The position numbers and the translations under genes are program-made. Source: Octopus vulgaris (lineage: Eukaryota). Taken from it: a DNA stretch of 64,000 nucleotides. The stretch lies in NCBI GenBank assembly GCA_951406725.2, contig OX597821.1, positions 43,834,001-43,898,000 of the forward strand, given 5' to 3'. Within the stretch, counting starts at the first letter, position 1. Each line of letters opens with the position of its first letter. Shown one piece after another: positions 35,220 to 47,598 of this stretch. The notes beneath the pieces were generated by a model. The model had not been told where the DNA came from. It searched no databases and saw only the letters and a list, made by a program, of their open reading frames with translations.

Positions 35220-36020
35220 GTAGCGAATATGTTGGGGAAAATATATCCAGATGGGTATCGGTCATGTACTCTAGTATAATCCAAGTTATGAATATAGTGA
35301 ATAGACAGGGTTAATATATTCAGTCAACCTTGTGGTATTTTGAACACAGCACTTGTTGACAATGCAAAGGAAATGTATAGGATACTGGAGGTGAGCAGTG
35401 GAAAGGATGCAACTAATGCAATTCTTAATTGTGTTGAACCAAAAGTAATAAACTTTAGACAGAATAACATGAAAACTCAAGAGTATAGCCTAAATGTAAA
35501 CACTAGTAGATCTTTAGATAGAGATATGGAGAAGGGATCTAATTCTGATCCCATTAGTACAAGTTGAACTAGTATTGCTAAAAACCTTTGTAGCTTTGGC
35601 AAGAAAATTTACCTTTTCAATGCACAATGTTTGAGGAATAATTTAGTTTACAGGTGTAAGGTTATGTCAGGTGAGATTTCAAATTGTTATATAGGAGCAT
35701 GCTTTACTACTTTCAAGGTGAGATTAGCTAATCACCTACCCTTCTTCAGAGATAGAGACAAAATGTATAGTACAAACTTAAATGGGTTTATCTGGTTCCT
35801 AAAAAATAGAAACACTAATTTTGATATAAATATAAAATAGGAAAGATGGAGCAGATCTTTACAGAATTGGAGGTAAGAAGTGCAATTGTGTGGAAGAAAG
35901 ATTTTATATTTTCATGTCTAAATACCAAATGCCAGTTATTGAATAGTAAACAAGAATTAACTCTAAAATGTGCACAACTTCATGGAAAAACTTTCAGATA
36001 TTTCCCTAGGAAATGTTTTT
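35220..36020 (+). mobile_element. Penelope-like element remnant, C-terminal GIY-YIG endonuclease
   Basis: LVYRCKV..CYIGACFTTFKVRLANH...STNL..FIWFLK, then YRIGGKKCN-CVEE and LNSKQEL..KC in shifted frames; begins at a (TA)n tract. Confidence 0.85.
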
Positions 36021-36769
36021 AATTAAGTAAATATCACATAGATTGGAGGTGTTAGAGTTTACAGAGTAAATATTAATGCAATGTCTAGCTTGAAGCAATT
36101 ATTATCCAACTAAATAGTATTCTTCATATGTAACACTTTACATCGGGAATAATTTTATTCTATATCTGGGAGGATGTTATCTATATGTAGATTTAATGTT
36201 GACTTATATTACTAAAAATTTGGATTTCACTTCAGGTGGAATGATTCTAAACATTGTGTACCATACAAGTAAATTCTGCATACTTCATATTTCTAAATTA
36301 CATTTGACTTAATGACCCTTAAATGTATATATCTATCACTGAAATTTACTCCTTTTTACTTCACTTAAGACTAATATACTCTGGCTGAGTTTAAGATCTA
36401 GCATTCATCATTCGAATTCCAAACCTTGGGGTCATCATAGGGTCAATCTGATAACTGATTTTAAAGCCATATCAGGTTTCTAAATATTCCCCTACCATTC
36501 TTTGCACTCAAAAACTTTCATCCCCTACCAAATATGGTACTATCTAACCATGATACTTCAGTTTCCTTCAAACTATACTAGCGGCAACACCTTGAACAAA
36601 GCTGCATACCCTCTTAAGCAGATGAACAAATCAGATGCAAATGTAAACCACATTGCAAGATGTGCATCCATACAAAAGAAACATATGTTGGACAGGTTTA
36701 GGCTGAATATGCTGTACATTTGGCTATAAAAATAAAAACTGTGTACATGTATTATTCTCTTTATTTATA

Positions 36770-36813
36770 ATTATCATTATTATATATAGAATTACTATTA
36801 TTTATATTATTTA

Positions 36814-36868
<55 letters not shown>

Positions 36869-36920
36869 ATATATGTATATATAAAATTATTATTATTATA
36901 TATATATATTATAATTATAA

Positions 36921-36967
<47 letters not shown>
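36770..36967. repeat. (ATT)n and (TA)n
   Basis: Directly visible. Confidence 0.96.
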
Positions 36968-36971
<4 letters not shown>

Positions 36972-38264
36972 GGGTCTCCCAAAAGTAATTGGAAATGTTC
37001 TCTGTGGGACAAGCCCATTGTAGTTCAGGGTTCTGCCACTAGAAGCCACTTGATATGACTCTCAGGCATCACTCTGCTGACTGGCATTGTTGGCTGGGGT
37101 TGTATTGTTATGTGGTGTCTTTGTTTTGCAGTACTTCTCTCCTGTTCATTGATTTTAGCGATGGCTGAAATGAAGGGACAGCGTACTTCCCTGAAATTCT
37201 GTGTTCTGTTGGGAAAAACGGCAGCTGAAACAGTTCCCATGCTTCAGACAGTTTACAAGGATGTTGGCATGAGCAAAACACAAGTTTACAAGTGGTTTTC
37301 ATACTTTAGGAATAATCTACTTATCGCTTGAGGACCAGCCTCATTCAGGCGCAAACATCGGCCTCCCAAATGGTTGAAAACATCACAAAAATTCATGAAC
37401 TGATCTTGGAGGACCATTGCCAAATAATTGACGAACTGGTTGGTATGACTGGTGTGTCCTGGAACTCCTCTGAACGAATTTTGTGTGAGGAATTGTAAAT
37501 GAAAAGAGTCGCAGCAAAATTTGTGCCTCACTTGCTCACAGAAGATCAAAAGCAGTCACAACTGGAAGCGTGTTGTGAACTGAAAGAACAGTTGGAAGTT
37601 GATTCGAACCTTTTTTTGGAAGGTCATCACCGGTGACAACTGCTGGTGCTATGGTTATGACCCGGAAACGAAGCAGCAACAAGGCAATGGAAGCATTCAA
37701 AAAGTGCATCAAATGAAGTCTAATGTTAAGACAATGCTGATTTGTTTTATCAAAGCAAAAGGAATTGTCCACACAGTATTTGTTCCTCCTAATAAAAATG
37801 TTAACCAGAGATTTTTCTTGGCAGTTTTGAAGCATTTGTGCGACATAGTATGATGAAATTGCCCTGACCAGTGGCAAAGTGGAGAGTGGTGGCTTCATCA
37901 TGAAAATGCACCTTTGCACACTGCCTTGAGTGTCAGATAATATTTTTTTTAATCAAAAATGACATGATCCCGGTTACCCACTCTCTCTATTCACCGATCT
38001 TGCTCCTTGCAACTTCTTTTGTTTCTCTGAATGAAAAATGTCCTTCAAGGAAAACATTTTGCAGATACAGAAGAAGTGAAGAAAAAACAATGGAGGCATC
38101 ACTTCGCAAAAGTTCTAGGACTGCTCCAAATAGTGAAAAACACTTCTCAACTGATGCATTGCTTCAAATAAAGAATACTTTGAAGGTGATAAATATTTAA
38201 ACACGTAAAACCAAGTGAATAAAATAATATTGCAAAGTTCCAGTTTCTTTTGGGTACCCCCTTG
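36968..38264 (+). mobile_element. mariner transposon, near full length, pseudogenised
   Basis: TIRs TGAGGGGTCTCCCAAAAG / CTTTTGGGTACCCCCTTG; QRTSLKFCVLLGKTAAET, FVPHLL, ITGDNCWCYGYDPETKQQ, LHHENAPLHT and a YSP motif. Confidence 0.93.
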
Positions 38265-38323
38265 TGTATATATACATATATGTATGTATGTATGAGTGTG
38301 TGTGTGTATATGTATATACATAT

Positions 38324-38386
<63 letters not shown>

Positions 38387-38400
38387 TAGATAGATATATA

Positions 38401-38946
38401 TTTTATTCTTTTATTTATTTCAGTCATTTTGACTGTGGCCATGCTGGAGTACTGCCTTTAGTCAAACAAATCGACCCCAGGACTTATTCTTTGTAAGCCT
38501 AGTACTTATTCTATCAGTCTCTTTTGCCAAACCTCTAAGTTACAGGGATATAATCACAACATTGGTTGTCAAGTGATAGTGAGGGGACAAACACAGACAC
38601 TAAAACACACACACACTCAAAAACACATGCACATATATATATTTATATATATGACAAGCTTCTTTCAGTTTCCATCTAACAAATTCATGCACGAGGCTTT
38701 GGTCAGCCTGGCACTATAGTAGAGGACACTTGCCCAAGGTGTCACGCAGTGAGATTGTACCATATATATATATATTCTTTTATTCTTTTACATGTTTCAG
38801 TCATTTGACTGTGGAAATGCTGGAGCAGCACCTTTAGTTGAACAAATCGACCCCGGGACTTATTCTTTGTAAGCCTAGTACTTACTCTATCTGTCTCTTC
38901 TTGCTAAACCGCCAAGTGATAGGGATGTAAGGACACCAACATTGGT
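38401..38946 (-). mobile_element. Two tandem partial SINE A copies (38401-38760; 38775-38946)
   Basis: Each begins with TTCTTTT..TTTCAGTCATTTGACTG. Confidence 0.9.
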
Positions 38947-38954
38947 GATATTTG

Positions 38955-39058
38955 ATTTAGCAGAAGTAACAGAGTGACTCAAGGGCTAAGAGTTTAAGGA
39001 ATTAGTGCCAACACACAAAATTCTTAACCATTGAGTCACTCCGTTATTTCTGCTAAAT
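38955..39058. repeat. ~105-bp inverted repeat (arms ~41 bp)
   Basis: ATTTAGCAGAAGTAACAGAGTGACTCAA / TTGAGTCACTCCGTTATTTCTGCTAAAT. Confidence 0.9.
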
Positions 39059-39259
39059 ATATATATATATTTTTGGGTGTATATAAAGATTAAAGAACTA
39101 TTGATAATAATGATGGAAAGGAGACACACCCACATGCATTCATATATATATATTTATTTATATATATGAGCATGTGTGTTTGTACATATATAGTCATGGG
39201 TGTCAATATAAAAATATCTACTAAAGAACTGTAATAATAGTAGTATCATAAGTCACAAC

Positions 39260-39357
39260 CCACATAAACACACACACACACACATGTGCATGCTCACACA
39301 CACACTTACCCCCTACTCACACATACATATACATATATGCATATGCATCTATATATG

Positions 39358-39416
<59 letters not shown>

Positions 39417-39922
39417 AATATATAATATATACGTTTTGATATATATATTGATATATTGATAAACATACATATATATTTACAAATATGTGTATGTTGAGAT
39501 ATATGATATATACACATCCATATACATACATACATCCATATACATACATACATACATACATACATACATACATACATACACACACACATCCATATACATA
39601 CATACATATGCACATACATATATACACGAGTGAGTCTGCAATTTTCATTTGCATTGCTTCTTGACTTAATTTTGTATTTTATAAGAGTCAAGAAACAGTG
39701 CAAATAAAAATTGCATTATTTTCTGACTCTCTCTTGAACTTGGACAGACACACATATATATGTAGATGCATATATTATAAATATGCATATGTGTATATGT
39801 CAATCAAAATCTCTGTTTGTCTATTTCTCACACACACTCTCTCTCTTTCTCTCAAGATATATATATTATGAAAGAGAAAGAGAGAGTGAGAGAGAGAACG
39901 ATAGATGAATAGATGAATAGAC

Positions 39923-39953
<31 letters not shown>

Positions 39954-40006
39954 AGTATGCATGTGCTTGTGAATATATGTGTATATGTAAATACACACAC
40001 ACATGC

Positions 40007-40070
<64 letters not shown>

Positions 40071-40418
40071 GTATTTATACATGCATAGCTAAGCAAGTAT
40101 GTGAATGTGTGTATACAGATGTAGATTGAAGAATTGTTGTTAACAATGATAGCAATAGATGAAACCACAATAAAAAATAAATCTAACGATATGATTCATT
40201 TATTATTGTAGAAATATCTAACATCAATATTATAAGATAAAGAAAGATCTAGATTATAGATTAAATTCTATTCTTCATTTACTGTGATATCATTGTAAAG
40301 ATTTGAAAATTAGAAATAGGAAGAAATGAGGGAAAAAAAGTCTTGAAAAAAAAACGCATTCTCCAACAAAATTGGATAAAAATCACTAAGAAAATAAACA
40401 AATTATTGGAGATAAATC

Positions 40419-40477
<59 letters not shown>

Positions 40478-40491
40478 TAATGATGATGATG

Positions 40492-40548
<57 letters not shown>

Positions 40549-40663
40549 ATAATAAATAAAGTTTTATATCTCTTTTTTAATATAGAATCTCTGACTGGAA
40601 TTTGTTTTCAAAGGTTCTCTCTGTTGCCTGCATGGGTTTCTTTCATTAAGCCACAGAATTAAA

Positions 40664-40696
<33 letters not shown>

Positions 40697-40873
40697 ACAC
40701 ACACACACACATACACATACAAACACATGCACTCACATATACACATGCACACACACACAAACACATATACACATATATGTATGTATACAAATGTGTGTTT
40801 TTGTGTGTGTGTGTGTATATGCATATATACATATGTACACACATACATATATATACATACACATACACACATT

Positions 40874-40908
<35 letters not shown>

Positions 40909-41021
40909 AACATACATACACACAAGAATGTATATATATATCTCTACCCATCTATCACTCTTTCTGTCTCTGTCTGTCTGTCAGTATGTCTCCTCCCCTC
41001 TCTCTCTCTCTCTCTCTCCCC

Positions 41022-41068
<47 letters not shown>

Positions 41069-41240
41069 AATATATATATATATACACACACACATATGTA
41101 CATACATATATATTGGTATATGCATACATTTATTATGTATTCTGATGTGTTGTATGTGTGTGTGTGTGTGTGTGCATGCGCACGTGTGTGTTTGTGAGAA
41201 TATGTGTGTATATGTGTTTGTGTGCATGTGTGTGTGCGAA
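39260..41240. repeat. Microsatellite-dense tract: (TA)n, (CATA)n, (TAA)n at 40418-40555, (CT)n, (CA)n
   Basis: Directly visible. Confidence 0.93.
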
Positions 41241-41355
41241 TGAGTGGGCTTTTCAACTTATGTACAGAATTCAATATCAAATTAGAATGTGGGCAGACAA
41301 TAAATACTTGATTTAATATATAATGGTAAAGTTTCTATAAATTAAAGTTTATTGC

Positions 41356-41392
41356 ATCATCATCATCATTACCATCATCATCCTCATCATCC

Positions 41393-41426
<34 letters not shown>

Positions 41427-41513
41427 TACCATCCTCATCATCATCATCGTCATCGTCATTGTCATCATCATCATCATCATTACCATCATTACCATCATCA
41501 TCATCGTCATCAC

Positions 41514-41549
<36 letters not shown>

Positions 41550-41652
41550 TATCATTATCATCATCTTCATCATCATCGTCATCATCATCATTATCATCGT
41601 CATTACCATCATCATCATCATCGTCATCATCATCATCATCATCATCATCACC

Positions 41653-41718
<66 letters not shown>

Positions 41719-41757
41719 GCCTCCCTCTTCCTCATTCTCCTCCTTATCATCATCATC
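41356..41757. repeat. ~400-bp (CAT)n array
   Basis: Directly visible; abuts an RTE-type tail. Confidence 0.97.
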
Positions 41758-41870
41758 TTAACTTCTGATTTTCCATGCTGGCATGGATCAGACAGCATCA
41801 ATTGAGGTAGATTTTTTTTGTGGATGTTGACTGCTCTTCACATTGCCAACCCTCACCTGTTTCCAAATAA

Positions 41871-42267
41871 CTCTTTTACTCTTTTACTTGCTTCAGTCAT
41901 TTGACTGCAGCCACGCTGGAGCACCGCCTTTAGTCGAGGAAATCAACTCCAGGACTTATTCTTTGTAAGCCTAGTACTTATTCTATCGGACTCTTTTGCC
42001 AAACTGCTAAGTTACGGGGACGTAAACACACCAGCATTGGTTATCAAGTGATGTTGGGGGGACAAACACAGACACAGAAACACACACACACATATATATA
42101 CATATGCATATATACGACGGGCTTCTTTCAGTTTCCGTCTACGAAATCCACTCACAAGGCCCGAGGTTAAAGTAGAAGACACTTGCCCAAGGTGCTGCGC
42201 AGTGGGACCGAACCCAGAACCATGTGGTTGGTAAGCAAGTTACTTACCACCTAGCCACTCCTGCACC
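41871..42267 (-). mobile_element. SINE family A inserted in an older RTE-tailed repeat
   Basis: Near full-length copy, AAATAA on both sides; the host repeat resumes with GGTAATATTT. Confidence 0.92.
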
Positions 42268-42398
42268 AAAAAATAAGGTAATATTTTTGAAAAACAAATG
42301 ACATTACATGACATTACATCGATGATGGTGATAGTTATTTACAACTTTCATGTGGTGCCAAGGAGAGGAAACACAATGCACACACACACACACACTCA

Positions 42399-42476
<78 letters not shown>

Positions 42477-43329
42477 TAGATAGACCAGAAAGAAAATCAG
42501 GAGATATGAGAGATGAATATATTTTTTTCACCAGTTGCTATCCGTAGGGTGATGGCCATTTTGTAGCCTTCATCATGTAAAAATAATTTTTATGTCAGTG
42601 TATAATAAATTATTTTGCTTGTGTACACTAGTATGAATACTAAAATTTCATAATACTATTGTACAATTTCAAACCAATGCAGATATAGAAGGCTAGTTTT
42701 CAGATCAACAGAACATCTTGGTTTCATCAATTTTTCAACTCTGCTATATACATAGAAAAAACATCCTCTCCATGAAATACAGGGTGCGGACAATATTTGA
42801 GGACAGACTTATCGTTTTTACAGACGACTCTGGATGCAAAACCATTGGTCACTCTGTGTCTATACATATATTTAACTTCATGCAAATACATTATAGTTCT
42901 TACCTTTAGAGTGTGCTTCTTTTTCGGATATATAATCCACTGATGATGATGATGATGATGATGTGTGTGTGTGTGTAACTTATCAACAAGCTCATGAATG
43001 CAGTGCTCATTCTAATCTAAGTAGTTTTCACTTCTTTCAGTTTATTTTTAACACTTATATTGTCTCTGTATGCATTCTTTCTGTGTATTATATTTTCTTG
43101 ATGTTGAAATTGAAGCCTTATATCATATGTGCTATTTATAATGAGCTTCTTGAAAGATCATTAAAACTTCTATTTATCAGTAAAGAATGTAAATAAAACC
43201 ATTGTTTATTAGTGTGAATGAGCTGAATTTGTAATTCTCTATATGTTATGCTTATCAAAAATAGAAGGAAAATGAGAACACACCACACACACACACAGAC
43301 ACACACACAGACACAGACACAGACACACA

Positions 43330-43371
<42 letters not shown>

Positions 43372-43799
43372 CACACACACACATGGATATTGACAAAGCA
43401 ATGAATTTAATGTAGATTCATGAAAAGTATATATATATATGTTCGTGTGTGCATGTGTATGTGTGTATGTATGTATCACATTAGCAAGTAAAGTTGTAGA
43501 ATGAAAGAAGTAAGCATGGTAAAAGTGAAAATAAATGAATTAAGATTACTGTAATTGATTGAGGAATAACTCGAGAAGATTTATGAAGATCTTGGATAAA
43601 TCTAACAAATTTATGTTTGTTAATGAGATGTTTAAATCTATTGGATACTAGTTTCATTTATATAAGTTTTAACAAAATAAAGGAGGATAATTCCTGAAAA
43701 ACAGTGTATAGATGTAAAATTTAACCTATCAAATGTGTATATACAATTATATAATATGTAGTTATATATAATAATACTTTAAGAGAAGATTTTATGTGT

Positions 43800-44015
43800 T
43801 ACGGTGAGAGATTCACTAGAGCCAGGAAAAAGAAAACAATATTTTGGGTATTCGAGCTCTATATATTTCGTGTTCAAATCCCAGTGAGACCAACTTTACC
43901 ATTAATCATTTTGATGTATATAAAATAAAGTACCAGTCTTATACTAGGGTCAATGGAATCAACAAATACTCTCCCTTCAAAGCTGCTGTTTTGTGCCTTA
44001 ATTAGATATAATTAT
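43800..44015 (+). mobile_element. Old SINE family B copy
   Basis: GTTCAAATCCC, CAACTTTACC..TAAAATAAAGTACCAGT..GGGTCAAT. Confidence 0.65.
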
Positions 44016-44045
44016 TACGAGAAATTCTATAAAAGATTCTTACTT

Positions 44046-44364
44046 TGCTTTTTCTTTTTCTAGTTTCAGCCAGAGTCTGTGGCCATGTTGGGGCACCACC
44101 TTATGTGCAACTGGTTTCAATTTCACACTTGCTTCCCAGTTTTTTTTCTCTGGAATTGTTACTGATGATGTAACAAGTGTGACAAAGTTACTCTTTTTTG
44201 TGTTTCCTGCTGTAATGTGAGTTGATCTGGTATCTCAGATAAAAATGTGTTCAGTTCTTTGGAAATAGCCACATCTTCACCTCACAGATCTCTGAGATTG
44301 TTTGACAGAGTACTGAAAATTTATGGACCCTTGAAACCTAAACTGTTACAGTACTATGTCATTA
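44046..44364 (-). mobile_element. CR1-group LINE 3' end (continues at 46573-46660)
   Basis: Minus-strand translation YCNSLGFKGP*IFSTLSNNLRDL..LNTFLSEIPDQ; tail GGTGGTGCCCCAACATGGCCACAG..CTGAAACTAGAAAAAG. Confidence 0.78.
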
Positions 44365-44372
44365 CTCTAGAT

Positions 44373-46167
44373 AAGGGTCACCAAACTACAGTCTGTAGGC
44401 CAGATCCAGCCCAGGAGGTCAGTTCATAGGGCCCATCACTGCACTTTACTATTTGTGTAAGTACCTGCAACAAGAGCTCATTCCTGCAGCGAGAAAAACT
44501 GTTTACTGACTGCAACTTCATCCACAACTGTATGATGGAAACTGAAAATGGCTTATGTCCTGAGAAAGCTGATTTGTTTTATAATTATCAGCCTTTCAGC
44601 AGGTTTAGTTGTGTGGAGAACAGAAGAATTTAGAGAGAATATAGTGCTACAGATACGTGAGAAAGCTAGGAACTTCTTGCGGTATTCTCTGGTGCTGGAT
44701 GAGTCTACCGATCTCTCAAGTACTTCACAACTTCTCATGTTCATTTGTGGTGTTAATTTGGACTTTCAGATCACAGGAGAGTTAGTATCTGTTTGCAGCA
44801 TGTATGGAACAACAACTGGAGAAGATACTTTCATGGAAGTGCAGAAAACTTTGCAAGGCTATAAACCTTAAGTGGAAGCAGTTTCATGAGTTACAGTTAA
44901 CAGAGGAAAAGACATGGCTGGAATGAGGAAGGGTCTGGTGGGGCAGATCAGGACTAAGTAGGAAGATCTTCAACTCCTGGGTGCTCTGTGTATGCAATGC
45001 ATTATACATCAGCAAGCACTCTCTGGGAAAGGCTTAGATATTTCTTGTGTACTGAAACCAGTTATTTCTGTGGCAAACTTTGAGTCAAGCACATAATCAC
45101 TGCTAATTCCAGGCTTTTGTTGAAGAAATTGATTCTGAATTCTGTAAATTGCCTTATATCACAGCTGTGAGGTAGTTCAACAGTGGTAAAATCCTGTTTC
45201 ATTTTTATAAGCTCCAAAGAGAAATAAAATTTTTCTTGCTGAAAAGGATAGAGCTGATCCACTTCTGTCAGATCCTACCTGGCTGTCAAAGTTGTCATTT
45301 TTGGTTGACATCATATCCCACATGAATGAATTGAACTTGATACTTCAGAGAAAGGATAACCTTATCTGTGATCTCTACAGAATCATCAAAGGATTTCGGA
45401 GAAAGCTATCATTGTTTGAAACACAACTGGAAAGAGAAAAACTTCTCTCATTTTCAGTGTTTCAAAGAGTTTCATGCTGGAATTGCAGCAGATATCAGCT
45501 CCAGTTTCTGAAGATTATTTGTGACTTGAATAAGCATTTTTATTGAGAGATTTTCTGGTCTCAACAGAACTGAGAGTGACATTCTTTTGTTTGCTTGTAA
45601 CCTTGACGACGTGCCAGTCAAACTACAGTTGGAGCTCATTGATTTGCAAGCAAATGACCTGTTGGAAGAGAAGCAAAGAGAAAGAAAACTCGTTGAATTT
45701 TATTGCTGCTTCCCTGATGATGAGTTTTCAAAGTTGGAAAAATGTGCCTCTGGTATGGTATCAATGTTTGGAACAATGTATGTCTGTGAGCAAACATTTT
45801 CAAAAATAAAGTATGTGAAGTCAGCACATCGAACGAGGTTGACTGATGAACATTTGAAAGCGATTCTCTTGGTTGGATGCTGCAATTTCAAAGCAAGTAT
45901 TGATATTTTAAATGCTAAACACCACTTTCACAAATCTCACTAATCTCTTTTGCTGTTTTCTGTGAGATTCAGATATGTGCGTACCTGGTGTGATATAACT
46001 ATCATTTTGCTAACATCACCTTTGATAACTTTTGATAAATAAATATGTCGGTTATCTTTATTTTTTGTGTATTCACTAGATTGTACTGTATAAAATGGTT
46101 ATGTGGCCCATGCTTGTCATCCTCTCTGTTATCCAGCCCACTGGAAAAAAAAGTTTGGTGACCCTTG
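44373..46167 (+). mobile_element. hAT (Buster/SPIN, GTF2IRD2-like) transposon, deleted and decayed
   Basis: TIRs AAGGGTCACCAAACT / AGTTTGGTGACCCTTG; 8-bp TSD CTCTAGAT; YSLVLDESTDLS..GTTTGED, CIIHQQAL, FLVDI..NELN..LQ, LELIDLQ, SMFGTMYVCEQTFS..RTRLTDEHL. Confidence 0.95.
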
Positions 46168-46175
46168 CTCTAGAT

Positions 46176-46564
46176 CAGTGCTTGTCAACCATTTCTTGTC
46201 TATGAACTCCTTTGATTATTATTTCAGTATGGTGGACCCCCATTCGGCCATTCAATGATTAAAAACTAGTTTTATAGATACTTCTTTCAAAATTGCTATT
46301 TTGTTTTTCACGTGTTCACTTGTACAGATTTGCAATTGCACTCTCTGAGATAATATGTTTCAGTGGCTGCAAACATGTTGGACTATGTTAAGCATTAGAC
46401 TAAGAAACTTAGTAGTTTTTTGCAATATATAAGTTTAAAGAAAAATTTTTTCATGTACCCTAAAATACTACTGTGGACCCCCAACTTACTATTTTGCTTG
46501 CATGGACCTCATAAAATTCTGTTTGGAGCCCAGGGGTCATATGGTTCCCTGCTGAGAGTCACTG
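46176..46564. mobile_element. hAT MITE (Charlie-like)
   Basis: CAGTGCTTGTCAAC / GCTGAGAGTCACTG ends, subterminal TGGACCCC motifs, TSD CTCTAGAT. Confidence 0.88.
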
Positions 46565-47356
46565 CTCTAGATAGAGATGATATGATCTTTGATACTATGC
46601 AGTAGTGTTCAATTCAATATAGCTTTCAATGCCAAAGATGGGAGCCAGACCTTCCTGAAATGAAGGAAGGGGTCATGGGCATCGTCCTTTACTCCTCAAC
46701 TAAATGGTAAAAAAGCATTTATTTAGGCTGAACAAAAGTGCTTTTAAGAGTGAGTGTGTATAGCACACATAGTATTTTAGAAATCCAGAGAAACAAATAT
46801 TACCTTTCTACCACAACATGTCTGTAGACTTAAAAAACAAAATCAGACTTTATAATACAATAGTCGGTGGTCAAATTTGTAAAACCATATTTTGGAGGTT
46901 TCATATTTCTTTACCTGCACATCTTTGACAAATTATGTTGAAATCTTCATTCAATTTATTTAATTCTTAGAAAGGACTTGTTTCAGTATGTCGTCATTAA
47001 AATATGAATGTATATTGGAATTTAGTCCTACCCACTGGCTGAATATATTGTACCATCTTAAGTGGAATTTCTTTGAGTTTATTCAAAAGATTTTGGAAAT
47101 TCTTTGAAGTGCTTTGAAATCTTATTATATTTAAAGTTCACCTTCAAAACTTGTGTCTTTTGTGTCAAAGGTTTTCTGTAAGCTAAGTGTTGTTAAAGAT
47201 ATTTCATAGGAAGACTTCAGATTTTAGTAAACTGGTTTCTCTTTTTCTCATAAATGGAAAAAGAACTTGAATCACTTTTGTCAATTGAATTTTGCATATT
47301 TCTATTTTATTATATTATTTAGCTATATTATTATTTTCCATATTATTATTTTTATC

Positions 47357-47391
<35 letters not shown>

Positions 47392-47475
47392 CTTATGTAT
47401 ACTATATTCTTATTTTATCATATTGTTGAAGTAGTGCACTGATCAGCACTTTCCTTTGTACATTTAGCATTTATG

Positions 47476-47598
47476 TCTTCTTCTTCTTCTTCTTCTTCTT
47501 CTTCTTCTTCTTCTTCTTCTTCTTCTTCTTCTTCTTCTTCTTCTTCTTCTTCTTCTTCTTCTTCTTCTTCTTCTCCTCCTCCTCCTCCTCCTCCTCCT
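47476..47598. repeat. (TTC)n/(CCT)n microsatellite
   Basis: Directly visible. Confidence 0.97.

Noticed and set aside
42896-43060. Minus-strand splice-donor-like AAG|GTAAGA at ~42904
   Set aside because: No acceptor or coding frame could be tied to it; a non-coding exon cannot be excluded without RNA-seq.
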